Part shown: piece by piece, positions 28,158-36,675 of the stretch | Numbering within the stretch: position 1 is the first letter of the stretch | Layout of the letters: every line of letters starts with the position of its first letter | Program-made: the position numbers and the translations under genes | Notes under the pieces: model-generated | Databases searched by the model: none | What the model was told of the DNA's origin: nothing | What the model saw: the letters and a program-made list of their open reading frames with translations, nothing else | From: Bacteroidota bacterium | Lineage (GTDB): Bacteria; Bacteroidota; Bacteroidia; Bacteroidales; FEN-979 | Assembly: GCA_026391715.1 (NCBI GenBank) | Contig: JAPLDO010000045.1 | Span: forward strand, 73,758-137,757 | Direction: 5' to 3' | Length of the DNA stretch: 64,000 nt

Positions 28158-28853
28158 TCAGCCAGTTTCGCTGATCTGACGAAGTTGTTTTATATTAAGG
28201 ATTTCCATTTTATTTCCTGCAACTGTTAATATACCCTCCTCCTTAAATTCTTTTAAAATTCTTATGGCGCTTTCTTTCGACATCCCAGAAAGATCGGCCA
28301 GATCCTGTCGTGAAATGCTTAATTCAAAAGGGTTTTTGCAATAGATTTTTTCGGAAAGGTAAAAAATGACGTCCGCAATCCTGCCGGGCATTTGCTTTTG
28401 AGTTAGACTGACGATCTGTTCAAAGTTAAAGATTGATTGCAGAGATACTCGTTTTAAAAAATCCTCGGCAAAATCTGGATTTTCACGAATCAGTTTTTTA
28501 AAAACGGATGCATCCACAAGACAGGCTGTACAGTCTTCAACGGCTGATGCTGAGTAATAGTGACGATTATCAACGTATATACCGGGTCCGAAGATGTAAT
28601 CAACCGGTTTTACAAGCGCCAGAATAAGATTTTTGCCATACCCCTCAATATAGATTTTTGCCAATCCTGATGTAATACAAACAAAGTAGGGCGAAGGTGT
28701 GCCTTGTTTAAAAATGATTTCTCCAGCTTTATAGTCAACCTGAAACCGGCTGTTGTTGATTAAATCAAGCTCTATCGAACCTAAATTTTTAAAAATCTGA
28801 GTTTTGCAGTTGCAATCATTACAATTGGATGCCTGATGATTTTTATTGATCAT
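28158..28853 (-). CDS. Crp/Fnr family transcriptional regulator with N-terminal Cys cluster
   Basis: Has a cNMP-binding-like beta-roll and a C-terminal HTH (SRQDLADLSGMSKESAIRILKEF). The N-terminus is MINKNHQASNCNDCNCKT. Start set at 28853, downstream of the -7 box at 28890-28897. Confidence 0.85.
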   Translation of the reverse strand: MINKNHQASNCNDCNCKTQIFKNLGSIELDLINNSRFQVDYKAGEIIFKQGTPSPYFVCITSGLAKIYIEGYGKNLILALVKPVDYIFGPGIYVDNRHYYSASAVEDCTACLVDASVFKKLIRENPDFAEDFLKRVSLQSIFNFEQIVSLTQKQMPGRIADVIFYLSEKIYCKNPFELSISRQDLADLSGMSKESAIRILKEFKEEGILTVAGNKMEILNIKQLRQISETG

Positions 28854-28889
28854 TATACTGCCTCTTAGACTTTGCTTTTTAGTATCGGA

Positions 28890-28897
28890 CAAAATTA
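28890..28897 (-). promoter_or_regulatory. -7 promoter box TAATTTTG for the Crp/Fnr gene
   Basis: The reverse complement of caaaatta. It lies 37 nt upstream of ATG 28853 and about 60 nt downstream of the second Fnr box. Confidence 0.5.
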
Positions 28898-28949
28898 GTA
28901 ATAAAATGATAAAAAGCAACATTATTACTATTTTTCATCAACTAAGAGG

Positions 28950-28963
28950 TTGATAAAAATCAA
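28950..28963. promoter_or_regulatory. Perfect Fnr/Crp-family box TTGATAAAAATCAA
   Basis: Exact TTGAT-N4-ATCAA palindrome upstream of the regulator gene itself. Confidence 0.7.
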
Positions 28964-29038
28964 TTGACTGTTTTTTTTAACAAGGCTTCGTGTTGCAGGT
29001 TCAAGGCTCCAAAATTCAATTTTTCAGTTTTTCAGTTT

Positions 29039-30028
29039 TCAAATAATTTCAGCATTAACAATATATTCGGCGATTTGAACAGCATTGGTGGCGGCGCCTT
29101 TGCGGAGGTTATCGGCAACAATAAACAAATTGAGCGAGGCTGGCTGGGATTCATCACGTCGGATACGACCGACAAAAACCGAATCCGACCCTCTTGCGGT
29201 TAGCGGCATTGGATATAAATTTTTTGCCGGATCATCCTGAATAACTATGCCGGGAGTTTCTGATAATTCTGCAACAATATCGTCAATTGCGAAATCATGT
29301 TCAAATTCAATATTTACCGCTTCTGAATGTCCGCCCAAAACAGGAACCCTCACAATAGTTGAAGTGATCCTGATTGAATAATCGTTAAGTATTTTATGTG
29401 TTTCGTTCCGAAGTTTCATCTCTTCTGTGGTATATCCGTTTTCGAGAAAATCGCCGCCATGTGGAAACAGGTTCAGGTCAATCGGGTGTGGATATGCCAT
29501 CGCCCCTAAAATGTTGTTGCGTTCATTTTCCAGTTGTAGCACCGCTTTTGCCCCCGTTCCCGTTACCGATTGATAAGTAGAAACCACGAGTCTTCGAATC
29601 CGGTATTTTTCATGTAACGGAGCCAGCGCCAGAACCAATTGAATTGTAGAACAGTTTGGATTAGCTATTATTTTATGGGAGCTGGTAAGTATGGAGGCGT
29701 TGATTTCGGGAACAATCAGCGGAACGTCAGGATCCATGCGCCATGCCGAAGAGTTATCAATTACAGTACATCCCGCCGACGCATATCGTATAGCCCATTC
29801 CCTCGAAACTACAGCTCCGGCAGAAAAGATTGCTAAATCCGGTTTAAGCTCAATCGCTTCGGCATTTGTTTGAACAACGAGGGTTAGATTATTGAACATA
29901 ACCGATATTCCTGCCGATTTTGCGGAAGCAACAGGAATAAGCAAATCCGGATGAAATTTGCGCTCTTCCAGAACCTTCAGTATTTCTCTGCCTACCAGTC
30001 CGGTAGCGCCTACAATTGCCAGTTTCAT
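29039..30028 (-). CDS. asd: Aspartate-semialdehyde dehydrogenase
   Basis: MKLAIVGATGLVGRE Rossmann motif, the active-site region IANPNCSTIQL, and VPVLGGHSEAV. 329 aa. Confidence 0.95.
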   Translation of the reverse strand: MKLAIVGATGLVGREILKVLEERKFHPDLLIPVASAKSAGISVMFNNLTLVVQTNAEAIELKPDLAIFSAGAVVSREWAIRYASAGCTVIDNSSAWRMDPDVPLIVPEINASILTSSHKIIANPNCSTIQLVLALAPLHEKYRIRRLVVSTYQSVTGTGAKAVLQLENERNNILGAMAYPHPIDLNLFPHGGDFLENGYTTEEMKLRNETHKILNDYSIRITSTIVRVPVLGGHSEAVNIEFEHDFAIDDIVAELSETPGIVIQDDPAKNLYPMPLTARGSDSVFVGRIRRDESQPASLNLFIVADNLRKGAATNAVQIAEYIVNAEII

Positions 30029-30136
30029 GCGGGGTCGAGTTTTAGGCAAAGATAATGAAATGGCGAAATGGCAAAAAAGTTATTAACAGTGGTTTTACTT
30101 TTTGGGTTTTGGGGGATTAAACAGAAAAATGAAATC

Positions 30137-32725
30137 ATGAAAAAACTATTCTTATTGCTTTTCCTTGCTCCGATGATGGCGCCGGGGCAGGTTATTGATA
30201 ATTTTTCGGATGGAAATTTTTCGGTCAATCCCGCGTGGACAGGCGATACGACACAGTTTGAGGTTAATCTGAGCAATCAGCTTCAGTTGCAATCATCGGG
30301 AACAGACACTTCAATTCTTCTTACCCGCAGCGGCAGGACGGTAAATACAGAATGGAGTTTCTGGATGAAACTTTCCTTCAATACTTCGTCAAACAACAAC
30401 GCACGCATCTATTTACTTTCCGATTCGGCAAATCTGAAATGCGCCAACGCAATCTTTTTACAGGTAGGAGGTTCCGATGATTCCATCGCAATAATCAAGC
30501 AGAATGGCATTGAACTACGATCGTTATACAAGTTAAGATCATATAAAACCGATAATTCTACCAATATTATGAGGTTCAAAATAATCAGAGACGACCAGGG
30601 CGCATGGGAAACCTATATTGATACGACTGGTGGTTTCAATTATATTCCTGATGGCGGTTTTTCAGAAACTTCAATTTTTCAATCCAGATGGTTTGGAGTT
30701 TACTGCCGTTATACATCAAGCAATGCCGCAAAATTCTGGTTTGATGATTTCTATGTGGGAGCGATCATCCATGATATTATGCCGCCCCAGGTAATTTCAC
30801 AGGAAATTATATCTGAAAATAACATCAAAATTGCATTATCGGAACCAATTCAGAAGCAGGAGGCGGAAAACCCTGCAAACTTCAGGCTTTTTTCAGATGG
30901 TTATCCCGATTCGGCAAAACTGGATGTAAACGATCCAACCATTATAATTCTTAGTTTTCCCGGAATATTCCCCGAAGGAGCTATTGATACGCTATTGGTT
31001 CATGGAATAAGCGATCTCAACGGAAACTTGATTCGGGATACGTTGGTTCCTGTTTTTTATTACACGCCGCAAGCTTTTGATATTGTAATCAACGAAGTTC
31101 TTGCCGACCCTGATCCTCCGGTTGAACTGCCTGTTGCAGAATTTGTAGAATTATACAACCGTACCGTTTATCCGCTGAATTTGAAAGACTGGACATTTCA
31201 GTGTGGAAGCTATTCAAAAGTATTCCCAGTTGTGACAATACCTCCAAAAGGCTATTTGATTATTTCTAAAGATTCGGTTTTCCTCCATTTTGGTTTATGC
31301 ACAACATTGTTCACCTCATCAAGTTCATTGTCGAATGAAGGTACAACATTGGCGTTAATGGATCAGCAAAAGCATATCATTCATTCTGTTTCATACAATC
31401 CTGAATGGTTTGGCGGTTCCTTCAAAGGCGATGGCGGTTGGTCGCTCGAAATGTCCGACCCTGCAAATCCTTGCGGTTGTATGGAAAACTGGAGCGCCTC
31501 CACCGATTATACTGGCGGTACTCCCGGAAGAAAAAATTCTAATATCAGGTCAAATCCAGATATTACCAAACCTCTCATTTCAAGGGCATTTATTGCCGAT
31601 TCCTCAACCCTGAAGATTAGTTTTTCTGAAGCCATGGATAGTCTAACTCTTCTTTCGCAAGAGAACTGGATCGTAAACCCTGAAAAGATGGGACTTCCAG
31701 AAAGTGTGGAACCTGAAGCGCCACGATTCGACGCGGTAAAACTGCATTTTAGCAATAAGTTTACAAGAGGCGTTTTATATAATTTGTCAATCGCCGGCAA
31801 AATAACAGATTGTGCCGGAAACCAGATTGATTCATCTCGTAATGTGCGGTTTGCAATTCCTGATTCCGTTGCATTTCACGATGTTGTTATCAATGAGTTT
31901 TTACCGGATCCCGCTACCGGCGGATCAAGATTTACGGAACTATATAACCGTTCGGATAAGATACTTGATCTGCAATCATTGGTCATCGCCGTAAGCGACG
32001 CCGCCAGCCTTCAGGCTGATGCAGAACCATTGACAGATAATGGCTATTTGTTGTTTCCAGGGGATTATGTTGCGTTTACTTCCAATCCTGCTGAAATTAT
32101 TTCTCGCTACCGTCCGCAGTTTCCCGAGGCAATCATGGGAATGGAAAAATTCCCGACTTTGGGAAATGATTCGGGAACCGTTATCATTGCAAGAAAGGAT
32201 AACTTTGCCGTGATTGACCGGGTTCGGTATGACGCAGCCATGCACTATCCGATATTGGCTACAACCGAAGGTGTTTCACTGGAAAGGGCAAGCCCCGAAT
32301 TACCATCCGACGACAGGAACAACTGGCATTCGGCTGCTGAAACCGTTGGATTTGCAACTCCGGGATACCAAAATTCCCACCAGCTATATCCGGCAAACGA
32401 TGGATTGGATATATCTGTAACTCCGGAAGTTTTTTCCCCGGATAACGACGGATTTGACGATCTGCTGAGTATCGCCATTCGTGAACCGAATCCCGGATTT
32501 TCGGTTAATATTTACATCTACGATTCACGCGGAAGAGCGATAAAACAGGTGGCAAACCAGGTTTATGCAGGCAACGAAGGTTTTTTTTGCTGGGATGGAA
32601 CGACAGGCGCGAACAGAAAAGCCGGAATTGGAATCTATGTTTTGCTGATCGAGGTAACAAGACAGGATGGAACTGTAAAGAAGGTGAAAAAAACCACTGT
32701 ACTTGGAGGAAAGTTATCACAATAA
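30137..32725 (+). CDS. Secreted protein with two lamin-tail (LTD) domains and a T9SS type-B (gliding motility-associated) C-terminal domain
   Basis: Signal peptide MKKLFLLLFLAPMMAPGQ. LTD motifs are VINEVLADPDP...EFVELYN and VINEFLPDPATGG..FTELYN. The C-terminus FSPDNDGFDDLLSI...IYIYDSRGR resembles the CHU_C / type-B sorting domain. Confidence 0.75.
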   Translation: MKKLFLLLFLAPMMAPGQVIDNFSDGNFSVNPAWTGDTTQFEVNLSNQLQLQSSGTDTSILLTRSGRTVNTEWSFWMKLSFNTSSNNNARIYLLSDSANLKCANAIFLQVGGSDDSIAIIKQNGIELRSLYKLRSYKTDNSTNIMRFKIIRDDQGAWETYIDTTGGFNYIPDGGFSETSIFQSRWFGVYCRYTSSNAAKFWFDDFYVGAIIHDIMPPQVISQEIISENNIKIALSEPIQKQEAENPANFRLFSDGYPDSAKLDVNDPTIIILSFPGIFPEGAIDTLLVHGISDLNGNLIRDTLVPVFYYTPQAFDIVINEVLADPDPPVELPVAEFVELYNRTVYPLNLKDWTFQCGSYSKVFPVVTIPPKGYLIISKDSVFLHFGLCTTLFTSSSSLSNEGTTLALMDQQKHIIHSVSYNPEWFGGSFKGDGGWSLEMSDPANPCGCMENWSASTDYTGGTPGRKNSNIRSNPDITKPLISRAFIADSSTLKISFSEAMDSLTLLSQENWIVNPEKMGLPESVEPEAPRFDAVKLHFSNKFTRGVLYNLSIAGKITDCAGNQIDSSRNVRFAIPDSVAFHDVVINEFLPDPATGGSRFTELYNRSDKILDLQSLVIAVSDAASLQADAEPLTDNGYLLFPGDYVAFTSNPAEIISRYRPQFPEAIMGMEKFPTLGNDSGTVIIARKDNFAVIDRVRYDAAMHYPILATTEGVSLERASPELPSDDRNNWHSAAETVGFATPGYQNSHQLYPANDGLDISVTPEVFSPDNDGFDDLLSIAIREPNPGFSVNIYIYDSRGRAIKQVANQVYAGNEGFFCWDGTTGANRKAGIGIYVLLIEVTRQDGTVKKVKKTTVLGGKLSQ

Positions 32726-33406
32726 AGCGGTGGCAATACAAGCAATGCTGATCTTAACTTCAGGTATCAACTCTAATGCATGAATGCAGGATTCGAGGGT
32801 AGCTCCGGTTGTTACTACGTCATCTATAAGCAATACATGCTTTCCGCGCCATTGTTCAGGCTGATTCACGAGGAATATCTCGCGAACATTTTGATACCTG
32901 CTGAACCGCGATTTCCGTGTTTGGGTTTCGGTAGCTTTTGTGCGTACAAGTAAATGCCGGTTTACCGGGATTTTCATAGCGGATGAGAGACCAATACCAA
33001 ACTGCTCGCTTTGGTTATAGCCGCGTTTCATGAATTTCTTTTTATGCAAAGGAACAGGAATGATCAAATCGGCACAATTGAACAATGGAGCATATTTAAG
33101 AGTTTGTCCGTAAAACGAGCCAAGAAAAATACCGATATCCTTTCTTCCTTTATATTTCAACTGATGTACCAATTGCTGAACTTTATTTCCTTTGTTGAAA
33201 TAGAGAAAAGCCGCACCAGAAGCCAGAGACGCCCTTCCCCAGAAAATCCTTGCCACGGGATTATCATCCGAAAAATGAAAATTAGTTTTCGGAAGATGAA
33301 ATTCACAGGAATGGCATATTACATCTTCATGTTTCCATAAACTGTTGCCACAGGCGGCGCAAATCCTTGGAAAAATAAGTGAAGTAAAGTCGCTTAACCA
33401 TTTCAT
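32717..33406 (-). CDS. comF: ComF-family phosphoribosyltransferase-like protein
   Basis: N-terminal Cys4 (CAACG...CHSCEF) and the PRTase motif VLLIDDVVTTGATL. Confidence 0.85.
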   Translation of the reverse strand: MKWLSDFTSLIFPRICAACGNSLWKHEDVICHSCEFHLPKTNFHFSDDNPVARIFWGRASLASGAAFLYFNKGNKVQQLVHQLKYKGRKDIGIFLGSFYGQTLKYAPLFNCADLIIPVPLHKKKFMKRGYNQSEQFGIGLSSAMKIPVNRHLLVRTKATETQTRKSRFSRYQNVREIFLVNQPEQWRGKHVLLIDDVVTTGATLESCIHALELIPEVKISIACIATALL

Positions 33407-33519
33407 CGGTTTTTAATGGTTAATCGGTTTTGATGGCAAAAGGTGAAACCGGTTTTAAAGATTTATTATTTTTTTTTGTAGGCGCTGTGTCACGCCGCCA
33501 TGCCGGGGTCACTTCACCC

Positions 33520-34263
33520 TCACCGGCATACGCGAAATCCAACGTAGCCATACCTGTAAGTAGGATTAGCGCTTTCGCGGTCGGCGGAGCGCAAGCCGGC
33601 TTGATCGTAAAACCAGCTTCCACCGCGAATAACCCTGAAAATGCCTTCGGAGGGTCCGGTTGGATTGTTTTTTGGCGATATTTTGAACCAATTGGCGTCA
33701 TACCAGTCGGAGCACCATTCAAAAACATTACCGGTCATATCGTAAATACCAAGTTCATTTGGTTTTTTCAGTCCCGTTTGATGTGTCATCATATTCGAGT
33801 TTCCGACTTTCCAGGCAACACTCACTTCTGCATTACTTCCACTGTATTTATAACCTTTCGACAGCGCGCCGCCTCGTGCCGCATACTCCCATTCCGCCTC
33901 GGTGGGAAGCCGGTAATTCATTTTAGTTTTCTCGTTAAGTTTCTCAATATACTCCTGAACATTGTACCAACTTACCCGCTCAACAGGACAACTGTCGCAA
34001 CCCATAAAATAGCGTTTGTTTGTGTCCTGTTCCATGACCAGCTCCCATTGTTTCTGGGTAACTTCGTATTTGCCGATATAAAAATCGCTTAAAATAACCT
34101 CATGAACCGGTTGCTCATCGGAGCCGCCAAATAGTGAACCCATTTTAAATTTTCCGCCCTGAACAAAAACCATTTCATGATTTAACTCCTGAGCCACTGT
34201 ATAATTAATGGAGAAGAAGAAAATCAATGATATACCAGAAATCTTAAGAAGAAAGTACTTCAT
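33520..34263 (-). CDS. Formylglycine-generating enzyme (SUMF1/EgtB/PvdO) family protein, secreted
   Basis: YRLPTEAEWEYAARGG, GNVFEWCSDWY, RVIRGGSW and YVGFRVCR are FGE-sulfatase domain motifs. Start at MKYFLLK (34263). Confidence 0.85.
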   Translation of the reverse strand: MKYFLLKISGISLIFFFSINYTVAQELNHEMVFVQGGKFKMGSLFGGSDEQPVHEVILSDFYIGKYEVTQKQWELVMEQDTNKRYFMGCDSCPVERVSWYNVQEYIEKLNEKTKMNYRLPTEAEWEYAARGGALSKGYKYSGSNAEVSVAWKVGNSNMMTHQTGLKKPNELGIYDMTGNVFEWCSDWYDANWFKISPKNNPTGPSEGIFRVIRGGSWFYDQAGLRSADRESANPTYRYGYVGFRVCR

Positions 34264-34328
34264 TTGAAAACTATTTATTTCAGAATTTCCCCTGACTAAA
34301 GTTTGGAGCAACTCATCCGGGGCAATAA

Positions 34329-35217
34329 TTACCATATTTTCACCTTTAAACTATCCGGACGCCATAAGGCATCGCCATGCCTAACTCCAAAGGCAGAATA
34401 AAATTCGGGCATGTTAGCCAGCAGACCAATAACACGGAATTGGATCGGCGAACGGACATCGCTACGAACCTGGTTGGCGATAGCTTCCGGACGTGAGTTT
34501 ATCATCCAGGCGAGGGCATATCCAAGAAAAAACCTTTGGTCGGGCGTTAACCCGGCTATGACTTTATTGTTTGTATATTGATCTGTCTTTTTAAACGCTT
34601 CATAACCCATCACTATTCCGGCAAGATCGGCAATGTTTTCTCCCTGTGTCATATTACCGTTTATGTGAAGACTTTCAACTGCCACGTAATCGTCAAATTG
34701 ATCAACAATCAATTTGGTTTTGGTATAAAACCTTATGCTGTCCTCAACTGTCCATCAGTTGTGCAGATTGCCGTTTTCATCGTATTTGCTCCCTTGATCA
34801 TCAAAACCATGCGTAATTTCATGACCGAAAGTTGAGCCATCAACTTTTATTCCGGGAAACACTGTCCATGCCGGAAAAAAAGAAATCTCCGATCTTTTGT
34901 CTGGCGGTTCCTGCCGGGGCATTATTTATTGTTGCTGAAGATTCACAGATATTCCGAATCTGGCTGTTGATAGTATCCTGTATCAATTGCCAGAGTCCGT
35001 TGCTTTGCTCGCTTGCAGAGATCGGTTTTTCTTTAAACCATTTCCCGTTTGCAAACAGGAAAAAGTCATCCCCGGCATTATGCGTGGAATCAATATGTGA
35101 AACCAATTCGTCACGACCTTGTTCATCGCTTTTTCTATCTCTGTTATTACAGGAAACAATAGCAGAAAGAATAACGATCCACAAAAGATACAGAAGTTTG
35201 TCGTTTATAAGTTGCAT
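34329..35217 (-). pseudogene. Decayed M13 (PepO/neprilysin-type) zinc metallopeptidase
   Basis: The N-terminal 125 aa (lipoprotein signal ...VSC; DDFFLFANGKWF) runs to 34840. The remainder (VDGSTFGHEITHGFDDQGSKYDENGNLHN*W...GENIADLAG...FRV...W) is in another frame, with an in-frame TGA at 34755-34757. About 350-400 aa of the expected middle are missing. Confidence 0.8.
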
Positions 35218-35409
35218 GAATATGTGTGAATAATTTCATTACAAATATAAAGGTGATTTAGAGATAAATTATACCCGAGGCGTTGTATAATTTTTTTGAT
35301 TACCTTCGTTTTTTCCTGGTGACAATGGATAAAAACTGGAGTAAATTCGGGTGTAGGCTAAATAAAACAGGCTATAAACAATTAGTTTACAGCCTGATTC
35401 GATTTGAAG

Positions 35410-35483
35410 TGGAGAATAGGGGAGTCGAACCCCTGACCTTTAGACTGCCAGTCTAACGCTCTAGCCAACTGAGCTAATCCCCC
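35410..35483 (-). tRNA. tRNA-Ala (anticodon GGC)
   Basis: The reverse complement folds as GGGGGAT / D arm GCTC-AGTTGGCTA-GAGC / anticodon stem TTAGA-TCTAA with loop CTGGCAG / T arm AGGGG-TTCGACT-CCCCT / ATTCTCC plus A73. It contains the G3:U70 Ala identity pair. Confidence 0.9.
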
Positions 35484-35516
35484 CAAAGCGGTTGCAAAAA
35501 TAATACCTTTTTTCTT

Positions 35517-36089
35517 ATGAAACGTCTTTTTGCTGCTTTAAAATTTAATCCTGACGCCGAATTTCTTTCGAGCTATCACCGCTTGCAATCTGCCATGATA
35601 GACCAGCAAATCAAATGGGTTGAAGAGCAAAACATTCATATTACTATCAAATTTTTTGGTGAAACGGAAGAACGGAAAATTCCAGCGATATCCTCAGCGC
35701 TGCGGAAACGGGCTTCCATGACCAGTTCTTTTGCTCTGCGACTTTCGCAACTTGGTATTTTTGGAAGCGGTTATGCGCCCAAAGTAATCTGGGTTGGAAT
35801 AGAACCTTATTCCGATCTCTTAATGCTTATGAAAAATATTCAGGAAGATTTGAAACCGACAGGATTTGCTCCTGACCGCCAGAATCTGATTCCTCATCTT
35901 ACCCTCGGCAGAATCAGAGAGTTGAAAGATAAGGTTCTATTTGATCGTACAATAGGTCTGTTTCGGAATATAGTTTCTTCTTCTATGCAAATTGGAGAAA
36001 TCATTCTTTACGAAAGCATTCTGCTCCGTGAAGGACCGAAATATTTCGTATTGGATAAATACCCTTTTCTATTGCAAAAGGCTTTTTAA
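35517..36089 (+). CDS. thpR: RNA 2',3'-cyclic phosphodiesterase (ThpR/LigT, 2H family)
   Basis: Two HxT motifs (HITIKF and HLTLGR) at the expected spacing. 190 aa. Confidence 0.85.
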   Translation: MKRLFAALKFNPDAEFLSSYHRLQSAMIDQQIKWVEEQNIHITIKFFGETEERKIPAISSALRKRASMTSSFALRLSQLGIFGSGYAPKVIWVGIEPYSDLLMLMKNIQEDLKPTGFAPDRQNLIPHLTLGRIRELKDKVLFDRTIGLFRNIVSSSMQIGEIILYESILLREGPKYFVLDKYPFLLQKAF

Positions 36090-36191
36090 ACCATTTTTAA
36101 CTTTCGGCGTTCCCTTGGATTTTGAATCCTGGAATTTGTGGCATGAAATTTTTTTAAGCTATGCAATTTTATCCCGGTTATATTAAAAAGC

Positions 36192-36229
36192 AAACTCCCC
36201 TGACGAATTGAACTTCATCAGGGGAGTTT
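36192..36229. terminator. Bidirectional hairpin terminator between convergent genes
   Basis: aaactcccctga-cgaattgaacttca-tcaggggagttt: a 12-bp perfect stem flanked by A- and T-rich runs. Confidence 0.7.
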
Positions 36230-36274
36230 ACTATTTTCTCTACTACACAACCCACTGGGAGTGGCATGTTTGCG

Positions 36275-36592
36275 TTATCCTTCGAGTTTTTTGGCAATCA
36301 GATGATAAATAACCAAGCCAATTCCTCCGAAAAGCAACACCATGGAGAATATTGCAAGCTCTTCATCGAGGTAAGTGTTCATTGAAAGTATCTTACCTAA
36401 AAGAATCCCGACTCCGAGTCCTACCAGAACAAGCCCCAATTTCAATGAAGATGGCTGTTTGGAGGAATCAAAGATTGTTGCATTGGCGCCTTTCTGAATC
36501 AGTGTCAGGCGTTCCTTTAGTCGTACCAACAAATAAACGACCCCATAAAACATGGCAAAGAACGCGATCAGGATCAAAATTTCAATTTTCAT
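36275..36592 (-). CDS. Small membrane protein (3 TM), unknown function
   Basis: 105 aa with three hydrophobic segments. No recognisable motif. Confidence 0.4.
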   Translation of the reverse strand: MKIEILILIAFFAMFYGVVYLLVRLKERLTLIQKGANATIFDSSKQPSSLKLGLVLVGLGVGILLGKILSMNTYLDEELAIFSMVLLFGGIGLVIYHLIAKKLEG

Positions 36593-36675
36593 TTCCGTTT
36601 ATTATGTATTGTTTCCGTTTCTGATCCTTTTGACGCTGATTCAAAGCATTGGTTACATCCTTTCATTATCTGTGT

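Noticed and set aside
28854-28922. Longer N-terminal extensions offered by the ORF track (Fnr regulator here; also hexahaem 27978-28049, asd 30029-30049, folB 3633-3737, glnS 3707-3766, lutB 42195-42269, the FGE protein 34264-34335 and the LTD protein 30068-30136)
   Set aside because: The extensions lack family-typical sequence, and a shorter start restores canonical N-termini or signal peptides. Several would overlap predicted -7 promoter boxes or neighbouring genes.
33430-34092. 220-aa plus-strand ORF
   Set aside because: It lies antisense to the well-supported FGE-family gene and the ComF upstream region. The translation is low-complexity with no motifs, so it is most likely a shadow ORF.
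34755-34757. In-frame TGA at a conserved Trp position as evidence of TGA=Trp recoding
   Set aside because: TGA clearly terminates well-supported genes in this window, for example the ECF sigma factor at 40380-40382 and the pseudouridine synthase at 46780-46782. The same gene also carries a frameshift and a large deletion, so it is a pseudogene.
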